From: Planctomyces sp.
GTDB taxonomy: Bacteria; Planctomycetota; Planctomycetia; Planctomycetales; Planctomycetaceae
Assembly (NCBI GenBank): GCA_005798445.1
Contig: SYJG01000071.1
Location: 3,452 to 67,451 of the forward strand
Direction of reading: 5' to 3'
Length of the DNA: 64,000 nucleotides
Shown here in pieces: positions 8,651 through 16,650 of this stretch. Each line of letters starts with the position of its first letter. Within the stretch, counting starts at the first letter, position 1. Made by a program: the position numbers and the translations under genes. The notes under the pieces are model-generated. The model saw only the letters and a list, made by a program, of their open reading frames with translations, had not been told where the DNA came from and did not search any database.

Positions 8651-9721
8651 TCAACCGTGGTCGGCCAACGCCTGCAATTGGATCGCATCTTCCAAAGTCT
8701 GAATGAACAGGTCTTTTAGTTCGTCGGGTTTCTGTACTCGAACGTGGCCAGCCCATGACAAAATCCAATGCAGGATTTCACTGAGGCCATCGACCTGAAA
8801 GCTGAGGGTCAGGCTGCCGTCTTTGTGAGTTCTCGCCTTTTGAGTGTGGTGCCAGATTGTCTCGATCACGACCTTGGCAGCAGTGGGCTTGAACTTGAGC
8901 TCGATGTCGTAAGATTGATCGCCTCGAAAAACGGCCCATGCGTTCCCAAAGTAGGTCTGCAGATCGAAGTCTTCCGGAATGAGGGCAGGCTCCGCTTGCA
9001 TCCGTAATGCCTTGAACCGAGCCACGCGAAATGTCTTCGGGGCTGTCTCATCTGCCATTGTTCCGATGATGTACCACGCATTCTTGATCAGACACAGCCG
9101 ATACGGATGGAGGTTCAATTTGACCGGAGTGGGTTCGTAGGGACTTTCGTAAAGCCCGCTGATTTGTTTCCCCTGCAACAAGGCCAGTTGCACCGTCCTG
9201 ATGACTTCATGATGGCGACTATGGTCCACCAGCTTGAGGTCCAGAACGGATACCAATCGCATTGCATCGTCGATCAGTTCTTGCGTCTCCTCTTTCGAGA
9301 CCGCAGCTAGTTTTCGAGTTGCTGGGGTTGCTCCAGCCGTGACATCCATTCCCGGTGCCTTTGTGATGGCTGCTGCGAGCGAAAGTCCCAACACTTCATC
9401 ATCGGTGAGTGTCATCACTGGAAAGCGAAAGTCCGGTCGGACTCGAACAAACTGCTGGTCTCCCTCTCGGTAGTAGGGAATCCCAGCAAACCTCAAAACG
9501 TCCAGGTCTCGATAGACCGTTCTTTCTGAGTATTCGAGTTCCTCAGCGATGGCTTTGGTTGTCCATCGTCCTCGGCTTTGAACCAGTTCCAGAACTCGAA
9601 GAACTCGTGCCAGCCGGTCAGCCTGACGGACACGTCGATCTCGATCAGGCCTGTCCCGCTTATTGGGGTTCGGACCCGCAGACTTGGGCTTCGGCTTCTT
9701 CTTCGTCGGTCTCTCCGCCAT
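8651..9721 (-). CDS. WYL-domain transcriptional regulator (HTH_11 + WYL + C-terminal extension)
   Basis: Winged HTH (RWTTKAIAEELEYSERTVYRDLDVLRFAGIP) and a WYL core (HPYRLCLIKNAWYIIG...TFRVARF). The N-terminus is basic. The ATG shares one base with the stop of the upstream gene (TAATG). Confidence 0.85.
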   Translation of the reverse strand: MAERPTKKKPKPKSAGPNPNKRDRPDRDRRVRQADRLARVLRVLELVQSRGRWTTKAIAEELEYSERTVYRDLDVLRFAGIPYYREGDQQFVRVRPDFRFPVMTLTDDEVLGLSLAAAITKAPGMDVTAGATPATRKLAAVSKEETQELIDDAMRLVSVLDLKLVDHSRHHEVIRTVQLALLQGKQISGLYESPYEPTPVKLNLHPYRLCLIKNAWYIIGTMADETAPKTFRVARFKALRMQAEPALIPEDFDLQTYFGNAWAVFRGDQSYDIELKFKPTAAKVVIETIWHHTQKARTHKDGSLTLSFQVDGLSEILHWILSWAGHVRVQKPDELKDLFIQTLEDAIQLQALADHG

Positions 9722-10785
9722 TACTTTCCTCGTTCCCCAAAGGACACCCGTTGAAGGGCATCCTCAAATGCTTGTCGATGAAACGTGCGGTAGTATGCCG
9801 CTCTGTAGCTGGTGATGACATTCGCGACGTGATGTGCCCGGCAAACTGCCCAACGGCTCGCCGCGATCAGTCTTTTGAAGAGCAATTCACCGTTCAACCC
9901 GTGTCGATGTTCCAATCCTTTGAGTACGGGATTCCATAATTCGTGCTGGTCGGTCATTCGAGCTTTTGCCGCCGCCAGTACAAAACGGTAGGTCGCTTCC
10001 CAAGGAAGTCCGGCGTGCCGATGCAGAAACTTCATGATAGTTTCCTGGGACAACAACGGCAGCAGCGGCGTCATTTCGGTCTCGACGATTGGCCTCCGAA
10101 TTCTCTTGGATTCCTTTGCAAGATGTCGTTTCAAGTATTCGGAAACGACATCAGGATGAGAATTACCAATCTGGTCCAGAGCAGTCACTGATCCCAAGTC
10201 TTTGATTCGGGATGGGCACAACTGGGACAGCAGAGACCGGACAGTTGCGGATTCGAATTGGAAGACCCCGTCGGTATCACCTTCCCGAATTGTTTCAAAG
10301 ACCGCTTTCTCATTCATCTTGACTGGCGTCTTCGGGAACCGCATTCGGAGCAACTCGGGAACTGCCTCCAGTGCAGTCATTGCATGAAGTGAAACGTTGG
10401 GATGCTGAGGTGCGTCCCATGCTCCGTGATCCGATGGCATCACAACAAACTGAATCGTTGGTGGTTCGCGACTTGATGTGAGCCAGAGCCTTTGGAAATG
10501 CGTGTCGTAGCGGACAGGATCGACTTCCGAGAATCCGAGCAAGAAAAAGATGACGGAAGAGCCAGCGGCCCCAATCAAATGAAAAGTCGCCTTCTGCTGA
10601 CGGAGTTGGTCACCGTACTCGACAATGCGAACCAAGGATTCCTGAAATCCCAGCTTCCGAATGAGGCGGACCTCGGCCTCAAAGAGCGGTTCCGCCCGAT
10701 ACTTGCTCTCCTTCTCATACTTGATTCCAAGCGATAGCCGGCATCGCTCAACGATGGTATTGAAGGTCTTTTCCGAGGATTCCAT
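9721..10785 (-). CDS. truncated DNA polymerase III alpha (DnaE)-like protein, predicted catalytically inactive
   Basis: Collinear similarity to the DnaE palm/fingers core:
- IGAAGSSVIFFLLGFSEVDP matches GRGSaAGSLVaYaLkITdlDP.
- GDTDGVFQFESATVRSLLSQLCPSRIKDL matches t.gVFQlES.GMkdLikrLqPd.FeDm.
- CRAHHVANVITSYRAAYYRTFH matches [23 protein letters not shown].
- The acidic PDxDxDF motif is replaced by PPTIQFVVMP.
I prefer ATG 10785, which is preceded by GGAG. The track ORF starts at a TTG (10800). Confidence 0.6.
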   Translation of the reverse strand: MESSEKTFNTIVERCRLSLGIKYEKESKYRAEPLFEAEVRLIRKLGFQESLVRIVEYGDQLRQQKATFHLIGAAGSSVIFFLLGFSEVDPVRYDTHFQRLWLTSSREPPTIQFVVMPSDHGAWDAPQHPNVSLHAMTALEAVPELLRMRFPKTPVKMNEKAVFETIREGDTDGVFQFESATVRSLLSQLCPSRIKDLGSVTALDQIGNSHPDVVSEYLKRHLAKESKRIRRPIVETEMTPLLPLLSQETIMKFLHRHAGLPWEATYRFVLAAAKARMTDQHELWNPVLKGLEHRHGLNGELLFKRLIAASRWAVCRAHHVANVITSYRAAYYRTFHRQAFEDALQRVSFGERGK

Positions 10786-10884
10786 GTTCTGCTCCACCAA
10801 TGGTCGCTGTCGGATAGAGTGGCATGGTCCCTCGTCACGGATGGGTCAGTCCTCATTGAGAAATCTGACTTCGCGGCTCTGACT

Positions 10885-11130
10885 TCACACTCCTTGCTGA
10901 AAAATCCAGGTGTGAGCGAGGTCAACGATTTTGGCCAGAAGTTGCAGGTCATCGCGACCGAAGGAATCGGTCTGCTTCCATTCCTCGCCGTCCTTGTAGA
11001 TGCGGCTGACCGTGACGTTATGTCGCGTTCCCGCTGTCGTCTGGTTCTCCCAGATCGTGGCCTTGATCGCTCCGAGTCGAACCTCATGGATTGGTTTCTG
11101 TTTTACCGTCGCCATCGTCGTGCTCTTCAT
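10885..11130 (-). CDS. small hypothetical protein (possible PC4/Whirly-like ssDNA-binding fold)
   Basis: 81-aa ORF with an ATG start. A beta-rich core (AIKATIWENQTTAGTRHNVTVSRIYKDGEEWKQT) is followed by a helix (DDLQLLAKIVDLAHTWI). This resembles small bacterial PC4-like proteins, but the match is weak. Confidence 0.4.
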   Translation of the reverse strand: MKSTTMATVKQKPIHEVRLGAIKATIWENQTTAGTRHNVTVSRIYKDGEEWKQTDSFGRDDLQLLAKIVDLAHTWIFQQGV

Positions 11131-11290
11131 TCATAAAAAAGTGTTCGTTGTTCCTGTTGCTCATACCCTGGCGAGGGCGTCGGATTCGCTGAATCCAAAC
11201 CTTCTGCCTCTGATCCGGACTTGGACCGCTTCAATTCAAAGTGCAGCGGCTGCCTGCTGTTCCAACAGCGTGTTGGTTCTCAGGGTAAGC

Positions 11291-12067
11291 TCATCCATGT
11301 CCGTGACCGTTGGAGGTTCGGAGTTGCGAAAGTTTGAATTGCAGGTATTCATTCAACTCTTCAATAAGCCGTCGTTCTGGCAATGAGAACCATCGTTGTT
11401 GCTCAGTGAGAATGTCGATCACACCGCGATAGCTCAGTTCGCCAATGAATGGAGAACGGGGCAGGTCTTTAAGCTGCTCAGCACGAGGGATGGCAGACCG
11501 CAGTTGCACTGGATCGCGGTATTCCTGAACCAAGGGATTACCCGATGTTGGCGTCAAGAGGATCAGGACGAAGTCTCTGGGCGGAAGATCGAAGAGGACG
11601 TCTTCGGTAAACCATCCATTCTCTCGAAGTCCAACGCGAGCGTTTCGGATAAGTTGATCTGCCGGGTAACCCGCTGAGCCGTTGTTGTTGACGGTCTTGG
11701 CGGACAGGTTCGATCCATACTTCATCTCGATGAACACAGTGGTCGCTGGATTTTCCCAAGTGATGACCACATCCACTTCAGTTTGTCCCTCATCCCAAGT
11801 GAGATGATGCCGGGGATAGATGCGTTGTTTCTGCCAGAGTTCAATTCGCAGGTCACGGAAGATCTGTCGGTGAAATCTTTCCGCTCCCAAAGCTTGGTTC
11901 AGAAGATCGGGTAACCACCAACGGGGATTCAGAACTCGCAGAGTTCCGAAAAGTGTCCCCGTCACAACGTCTTCACTGGTGGGCCGCACGATCAGGGGAC
12001 AGCGAAGTTCCCCTTTCCGAGCTGGCTCACACAGACAGCCGCCTTTGCCGTTCAGTTCAGTCAGCAT
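11291..12067 (-). CDS. PD-(D/E)XK nuclease-fold protein, function unknown
   Basis: EVDVVITWENPATTVFIEMKYGS gives D-x(n)-E-x-K. The ATG overlaps the stop of the upstream Cas4-like gene by 7 nt (ATGCTGA). Confidence 0.5.
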   Translation of the reverse strand: MLTELNGKGGCLCEPARKGELRCPLIVRPTSEDVVTGTLFGTLRVLNPRWWLPDLLNQALGAERFHRQIFRDLRIELWQKQRIYPRHHLTWDEGQTEVDVVITWENPATTVFIEMKYGSNLSAKTVNNNGSAGYPADQLIRNARVGLRENGWFTEDVLFDLPPRDFVLILLTPTSGNPLVQEYRDPVQLRSAIPRAEQLKDLPRSPFIGELSYRGVIDILTEQQRWFSLPERRLIEELNEYLQFKLSQLRTSNGHGHG

Positions 12068-12900
12068 GCCATCGCCTCCTGCGGAACCTGCAATTGAACC
12101 AATTCTTGTGGCCGCAGACTCTGGCCCCGCTCACGACAAGGTTGCCGATAGGGACAAGTGGAGCAGTTCATTGGATTTTCGATGGGATAGAAGATTCCCA
12201 AATCGACAGCCCGCTGGATCGTCTGCACCAAGTCTCCCAGTCGTCCACAATCCTCTGCATAGCGACTGGTCTTGAGCCGCTGGATCTTGGGCGTCTTGGT
12301 TTTGACGAGAACCGTGTATTCAACATTCGCATCCCTGCCGAGAGTTTCCCGAACTGCGTGGACGTAGCAGGTTGGTTGGAGCGATGACTCAACTTCTGAA
12401 TCGGAGTAGGCCCGACCACTCGTCTTGAACTCTTTGACCGTGAGGTCTTCATTCGTCTCAGTGATCAGGTCGGTGATCGCAACCAGCGGAGTCTCCAGAT
12501 ACTCCCCTTGGCTGTTGTAGAGCGGCACAAGAATTCGTTGTTCAACGGCGACGATTCCTTCAGGGGGCGGTTCCTTGAAATAGAGCTCCAGTAGATGCAC
12601 GCCCTGTGCGATGCTGTCTTCTCGATTGTCGCCATCGCGATACTGAATCGTCTCGTTCAACTCCTTCTCATCCCAGCACTCGTGAAAAGCCTTCAGGACT
12701 GCTTCCGTGTCGATGGCTTCCTTCCGCTGCAAACGTTGGTGGTACTCAGCCAATCCTGCATGAACTGCTGACCCCAAAGCCAACCCGGTTCCGATGGAGT
12801 GACTGGGAATCCCCAAGACTCGTTGGAAGAAGTATTGCTGCGGGCAGCGGAGATACTGGGTGATCGCACTGTAGCTCCAGTGGGGACGAATGGTCGCCAT
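12061..12900 (-). CDS. Cas4/RecB-like PD-(D/E)XK exonuclease with four-Cys (Fe-S type) signature
   Basis: N-terminal Cys (YLRCPQQYFF), nuclease motifs ITDLI...DLTVKEFKTSG (D...ExK) and QPTCY (QxxxY), and a C-terminal CSTCPYRQPC (C-x2-C-x5-C), as in Cas4/AddB nuclease domains. Confidence 0.75.
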   Translation of the reverse strand: MATIRPHWSYSAITQYLRCPQQYFFQRVLGIPSHSIGTGLALGSAVHAGLAEYHQRLQRKEAIDTEAVLKAFHECWDEKELNETIQYRDGDNREDSIAQGVHLLELYFKEPPPEGIVAVEQRILVPLYNSQGEYLETPLVAITDLITETNEDLTVKEFKTSGRAYSDSEVESSLQPTCYVHAVRETLGRDANVEYTVLVKTKTPKIQRLKTSRYAEDCGRLGDLVQTIQRAVDLGIFYPIENPMNCSTCPYRQPCRERGQSLRPQELVQLQVPQEAMAC

Positions 12901-12906
12901 GATTCC

Positions 12907-13125
12907 TCACACTCCCTGTGGCTTGGCGGCAAGCATGATCTTCCGACACAAGTAACGGCAGATGAGCCGGTCCCATTCAGTGGGCAGGACTCGTGAAACG
13001 GTTTGAGGCGGAAAGCCTTCTTGGTCGAGCCAGTCGAGTAAGGCTTCTGCTCGCAGTTCCGCTTCAAAGAAGTCTTTGATCGCGACCGCCTCCAGCATTT
13101 CGATCCAGGCCGCTTGTGGGTCCAT
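12907..13125 (-). CDS. small hypothetical protein
   Basis: ORF with ATG at 13125 (MDPQAAWIEMLEAV...), just after the upstream stop. An alternative ATG at 13182 would overlap the upstream gene by 44 nt. Its stop lies within the GAGGAA ribosome-binding site of the next gene. Confidence 0.45.
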   Translation of the reverse strand: MDPQAAWIEMLEAVAIKDFFEAELRAEALLDWLDQEGFPPQTVSRVLPTEWDRLICRYLCRKIMLAAKPQGV

Positions 13126-13138
13126 CTTCGCCCCGCTT

Positions 13139-13705
13139 TCAACGGTTGATGCGGCTGCGTCCGTTCGTGACAGGTGCCCCATTCTTATTCAGTGCATCAA
13201 TCACGCCACCAGCTTCCCGTTTAGTGAGGTCATAGACCCCAACTCGACGACCGAGGATGCTTTCAACTCGGCCCTCCAACTGTTGCTGGGTCAGCCCTTG
13301 TCGCTTGCCGAGGTTCAACAGGTATTGAACCTGCTTGTTGGTCGCAGCGTCCTCGTTGGGAGCCTGTCCATTGCCATTGCCGTTCTGCGGAGCCTGCCCA
13401 TTAGGGCTGCTGCTGTTCGGAGCTGCGTTATCGGAGAGATTCGTAGGCGGAGCGGCCGAGCGTTGATTATTCGCCGGTGTAGGTTGCCCCGTGTCTCTGC
13501 TGCCGATGGCAGACTCTCCTTCGTACCGTGCGATCTGCTGGCTCAGAGCCTCCTCAGCCAAATCATAAAACTCTTTGACTCTCTCGATCATCGCCACGGG
13601 GTCATCGAGACCGACACAAAGTTCTCCTTCGAGATTCAGACTGAACCCTGTGGAGTTAAAATCTCGTGACAATTTCCGACTGAGTCCGACATTGACCTTC
13701 AACAT
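13139..13705 (-). CDS. hypothetical protein (first gene of the nuclease operon)
   Basis: 188 aa. The ATG is preceded by AAGGGAG, directly downstream of a terminator. It has a beta-rich N-domain, a low-complexity N/G/P/Q linker and a helical C-terminal module (ATNKQVQYLLNLGKRQGLT...LTKREAGGVIDAL). No family assigned. Confidence 0.6.
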   Translation of the reverse strand: MLKVNVGLSRKLSRDFNSTGFSLNLEGELCVGLDDPVAMIERVKEFYDLAEEALSQQIARYEGESAIGSRDTGQPTPANNQRSAAPPTNLSDNAAPNSSSPNGQAPQNGNGNGQAPNEDAATNKQVQYLLNLGKRQGLTQQQLEGRVESILGRRVGVYDLTKREAGGVIDALNKNGAPVTNGRSRINR

Positions 13706-13716
13706 GTTTGGCTCCC

Positions 13717-13762
13717 TTAAAAGAAGAACGCCTCCGTGATCATTACCCGAATCACGGAGGCG
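13717..13762 (-). terminator. Rho-independent terminator
   Basis: A 12-bp perfect stem CGCCTCCGTGAT / ATCACGGAGGCG (13729-13740 / 13751-13762) with a 10-nt loop, followed on the minus strand by TTCTTCTTTT. It sits 34 nt after the stop of the 169-aa gene. Confidence 0.8.
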
Positions 13763-13795
13763 TCGCGTTAAGGCAGCGTTTTCTCCTGGAGCAAG

Positions 13796-14305
13796 TCACT
13801 CTCCCTTAGCTTCATCGACAGCAGGGGGACTTTCACTGATGATCTCGACTCCTTGATCACTAGACTCTTTCCCAAGGGTCTTGAGCGTCTCTTGGTCGAG
13901 ACCAAGGTCGGCTACGTACTCGCTACTTCCAGGGCACTCTAGTCCAACACCTTTTGTGCCATCTGGAAATTTCATAAGTACTACTTCCTTGGGGATACAT
14001 TCACGGACGTTCGGATTTGGAAACAAACGCTTCATCAACAGTTCATCAGCCCTAAGCGTCAGTTTGACAGAACCGTTTTTGTAACGTGACGGTTTGCGAC
14101 CTCGGCCATTCACATTCTTAGCAGCCAAAACGATCAGATAATCGGGTGCTTCCGAGCTGCATCCCAATGACATTCGATCGCAGTCCCCCTCATCAAGAAG
14201 TCGTATCCATTGGATATCGACATACACATTGATGTGGCAATCTGACAGCTTTTCGATCTGCGTCCGATGAGTCCGCCAATCTTGCCTGCCTGCACTCACT
14301 AGCAT
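13796..14305 (-). CDS. hypothetical protein
   Basis: 169-aa ORF with an ATG start, an AT-rich upstream region and its own terminator. No motif recognised. Confidence 0.5.
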   Translation of the reverse strand: MLVSAGRQDWRTHRTQIEKLSDCHINVYVDIQWIRLLDEGDCDRMSLGCSSEAPDYLIVLAAKNVNGRGRKPSRYKNGSVKLTLRADELLMKRLFPNPNVRECIPKEVVLMKFPDGTKGVGLECPGSSEYVADLGLDQETLKTLGKESSDQGVEIISESPPAVDEAKGE

Positions 14306-14496
14306 TTCAACACCTCCGTATTTTGTGAAAAAAAGAATTAACTTTCACTTCACGTTAATACGTTTTGCGTTTTCCATTTATCGCTGGTGTTTTGTTTTCC
14401 ACAGACTTAATTGAGACTACTTGAATAAACACAGAGAATCACAAGACAAATCTTGATGATTCTAGGTGCGTCACGATCTAACCAAGCTGATGATGA

Positions 14497-15474
14497 TTAG
14501 ATTGCCATTTGCAGAGCGAGTTCCCAAGCTCGTTCCTTGAGACGGGCTCCTGAGCCGAACCATGCCGAATCCAATCGGTTGCTGGCTCGCTCTATTGAGG
14601 TCTTGCCGCGTGTGGAGCGGTAGTGGTCGACATACTCGGTCACCGCATTGAGGGCGGTCCAAGTCGTGTGTCGGATTGCGGGCATCTTGTGTCCAATGCC
14701 TTCCTCGAACAGACGATGAAGTTCCTGTCGAACATTTTTCGTCCGAGTTGATTCACCATCCGGTGAATCTGGATAGACCAGCTTGAAGTACTCTTCGAGT
14801 TGCCGCAGGCTGGGGTAATGACTGGCGAGCCGATTGATGCGAAGCTCCACGTCGTCGTAGAAAGACTTTGCGAGGCCAAGGACTTCCTGAGCCTGCTGAA
14901 TCTTGATTGACAGGTCACCCTTGTGAACGATGACAACTCCCTGACCTCGTCCATTCCGTTCCGCGATCGCCAACGTGTTGGCACAGACCACGCGAATGGG
15001 TGTGAAGAAGACTCGAAGCGATGAGGTTCCATCGTGGGAGTTGGACAGGAGCAGAAACTTCTCTGTGATGTCGTCCGAATTCTTGACTCGGATGTCTTCC
15101 GGCAACTTCGCCAGCATCCAAACCCGTTCCCCTTTTCCCAAAGCTCCGGCAGTGTGATACCGCAGGCTTCCATCTGCCACGAGTGCATCGAGGAATCCAA
15201 AGCATTCCCGATTCTGCACGGGCCTGTAGGTGTTTCCCACGATTCCGAGAATCGCTTTGCTGTCTTCTCTCACCACCGCCAGTTTGTCGGGGACAGGAAT
15301 GTCATTCACCGTCACCAAGCGAGTTAGCTCGACTTCGTAACCCAAGCCAGCCGCTTCGATGGCTTCGTTGGCAGTGGCTGGTTCATCAAGACGTGTTCCC
15401 AGACGGTGCCAGGGAACTTCGCCGGAGTACATCATTGCCGTCCGGCCGTTTGTGGTTGCAAGATCGTGAGCCAC
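14497..15474 (-). CDS. DUF932 (phage/plasmid-like protein, TIGR03299-type)
   Basis: Family hallmarks: PWHRLGT, LGIVGNTYRPVQNRE, GALGKGERVWMLAKL, LLLSNSHDGTSSLRVFFTPIRVVCANTL. I prefer the GTG at 15474, preceded by GGAGAC, which gives MAHDLATTNGRTAMMY... at about 325 aa, the usual family length. The track ORF extends to a GTG at 15735. Confidence 0.8.
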   Translation of the reverse strand: MAHDLATTNGRTAMMYSGEVPWHRLGTRLDEPATANEAIEAAGLGYEVELTRLVTVNDIPVPDKLAVVREDSKAILGIVGNTYRPVQNRECFGFLDALVADGSLRYHTAGALGKGERVWMLAKLPEDIRVKNSDDITEKFLLLSNSHDGTSSLRVFFTPIRVVCANTLAIAERNGRGQGVVIVHKGDLSIKIQQAQEVLGLAKSFYDDVELRINRLASHYPSLRQLEEYFKLVYPDSPDGESTRTKNVRQELHRLFEEGIGHKMPAIRHTTWTALNAVTEYVDHYRSTRGKTSIERASNRLDSAWFGSGARLKERAWELALQMAI

Positions 15475-15791
15475 TTCAGAGTCTCCAGGAATGAAAGAAC
15501 CACCGAGTTTCTTCTCGTGCTCATTACCCCTGAGAAGCCCCCGTCGCCGCCATTCGGCTTCATGGCTGGGGCACTGACCACGGACGCGGAGACATTTCAT
15601 CACCGCTCTATTCAGGGCTATTGCGACCTCAAAGACGATCACGGTGATTGCGATGATCCAGTTCGAGACTTGTGCCAATCCGAGTTCCGGCCCAAGCCAA
15701 TCTCGATGCTGAGTGATTCGTCTGTGGTTCGTCACGGAACGTACCCCGCCCTTGTTTCAGAGTTGTTTTAGCGACCAGACCTTTGGGGAGG

Positions 15792-16028
15792 TCAGGTCGA
15801 TGATTCAATGCTTGATGTCGGTGTCAGAGGGAATGCTTCCGCTAGGAACTTTCCCACATACTGGCGGATGTCCAATTGTGAGAGAGCGGCCTGGGCCTGA
15901 ACGTGGAAGTACAAATGCATTGGCAGGAAGAGTTGGAGAGTTTTGGTATCTGCTGGTTTCCTGCCGTCTTTGCCTTTGCAGAATGCTCTGACTGGCGGCA
16001 TTGCCGCATGGTCGATGGCTGTGCTCAT
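15792..16028 (-). CDS. small hypothetical protein (possible ribbon-helix-helix DNA-binding fold)
   Basis: 78 aa with an ATG start. TKTLQLFLPMHLYFHVQAQAALSQLDIRQYVGKFLAEA fits a strand-helix-helix pattern. Weak call. Confidence 0.35.
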   Translation of the reverse strand: MSTAIDHAAMPPVRAFCKGKDGRKPADTKTLQLFLPMHLYFHVQAQAALSQLDIRQYVGKFLAEAFPLTPTSSIESST

Positions 16029-16065
16029 AGATCGAATTTCCTTTTCACAGTGATTGGGAGGACAA

Positions 16066-16109
16066 CCACTTCAGGTTCCTGCTAGGAGTGAAACATTCCC
16101 CTGAAGTGG
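16066..16109. repeat. inverted repeat CCACTTCAGG / CCTGAAGTGG (10-bp perfect stem, 24-nt loop)
   Basis: Read directly from the sequence. It lies between the acidic-tail ORF and the 78-aa ORF. Confidence 0.75.
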
Positions 16110-16183
16110 TCGTCTTTCCCGTCTTTCAATGTTCCCTACTTTCGTTCTTTAACCTGTCCTGTGTCTTAATCCTGTACTTTTTC

Positions 16184-16582
16184 TTAGTCCTGTCCTGGTT
16201 TTGATTTTGATTCTTTTTCTTGTTCTAGTTTTTGTTCTGAATTTTGTTCTTTTTCCTGTCCTGTTTTTTGTTCTACTTGTTCTTTTCCTGGTTCATGTTC
16301 TTCTTCTGGTTCTGCTTTTTCATTTTGAGCGTGTTGCTCGTTTTTAAGCGGCAGTGCCGAAACGGTTTGGTGCGACTCCGTTTGTAGCTTGTCAGGGTTG
16401 TCCAGACCGTTTGGATGTTTGACAGCACTGGCTGTTTCATCATCCGCAGCAGCTTCGGCATCCCTGTCACCAATTTCATTTACCGCATCCCCATATGCTT
16501 GTATGGCTGGGAATCCAGGAGAATTCAGGCGACGTATCGAGGCTGAGCAAATCTCATAAGCAAACGAACTGTGAGCGACCAA
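16184..16582 (-). CDS. hypothetical acidic low-complexity protein (uncertain)
   Basis: 132-codon ORF with only a TTG start and no internal Met. The C-terminal half is an E/K/Q-rich low-complexity tract. An alternative frame (16273-16479) is also open. Confidence 0.3.
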   Translation of the reverse strand: MVAHSSFAYEICSASIRRLNSPGFPAIQAYGDAVNEIGDRDAEAAADDETASAVKHPNGLDNPDKLQTESHQTVSALPLKNEQHAQNEKAEPEEEHEPGKEQVEQKTGQEKEQNSEQKLEQEKESKSKPGQD

Positions 16583-16650
16583 ACGAAAACAGCCTCGTGC
16601 TCCCGAAGGAACACGAGGCTGCTTATGCGATCGTCAAACACGGTCTTGGA

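Noticed and set aside
10575-11087. 170-aa minus-strand ORF (Arg/Ser-rich) bridging the DnaE-like and 81-aa genes, plus plus-strand ORFs at 10819-11136 and 11000-11386.
   Set aside because: They overlap better-supported genes in other frames, their composition is low-complexity, and they have no motifs or plausible starts.
14640-15205. Alternative-frame ORFs (186 aa and 96 aa) inside the DUF932 gene. Similar nested ORFs occur inside the WYL, MBL and rep genes.
   Set aside because: They are out of frame with genes that have clear family motifs, and they give Arg/Ser/Trp-rich products typical of off-frame translation.
15475-15735. 87-codon N-terminal extension of the DUF932 ORF containing a hydrophobic helix (WIIAITVIVFEVAIAL).
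   Set aside because: The extension starts at a GTG with no ribosome-binding site. A GTG at 15474 preceded by GGAGAC gives the family-typical MAHDL... N-terminus and length. The extension could still be a separate small membrane ORF, but I cannot support that.
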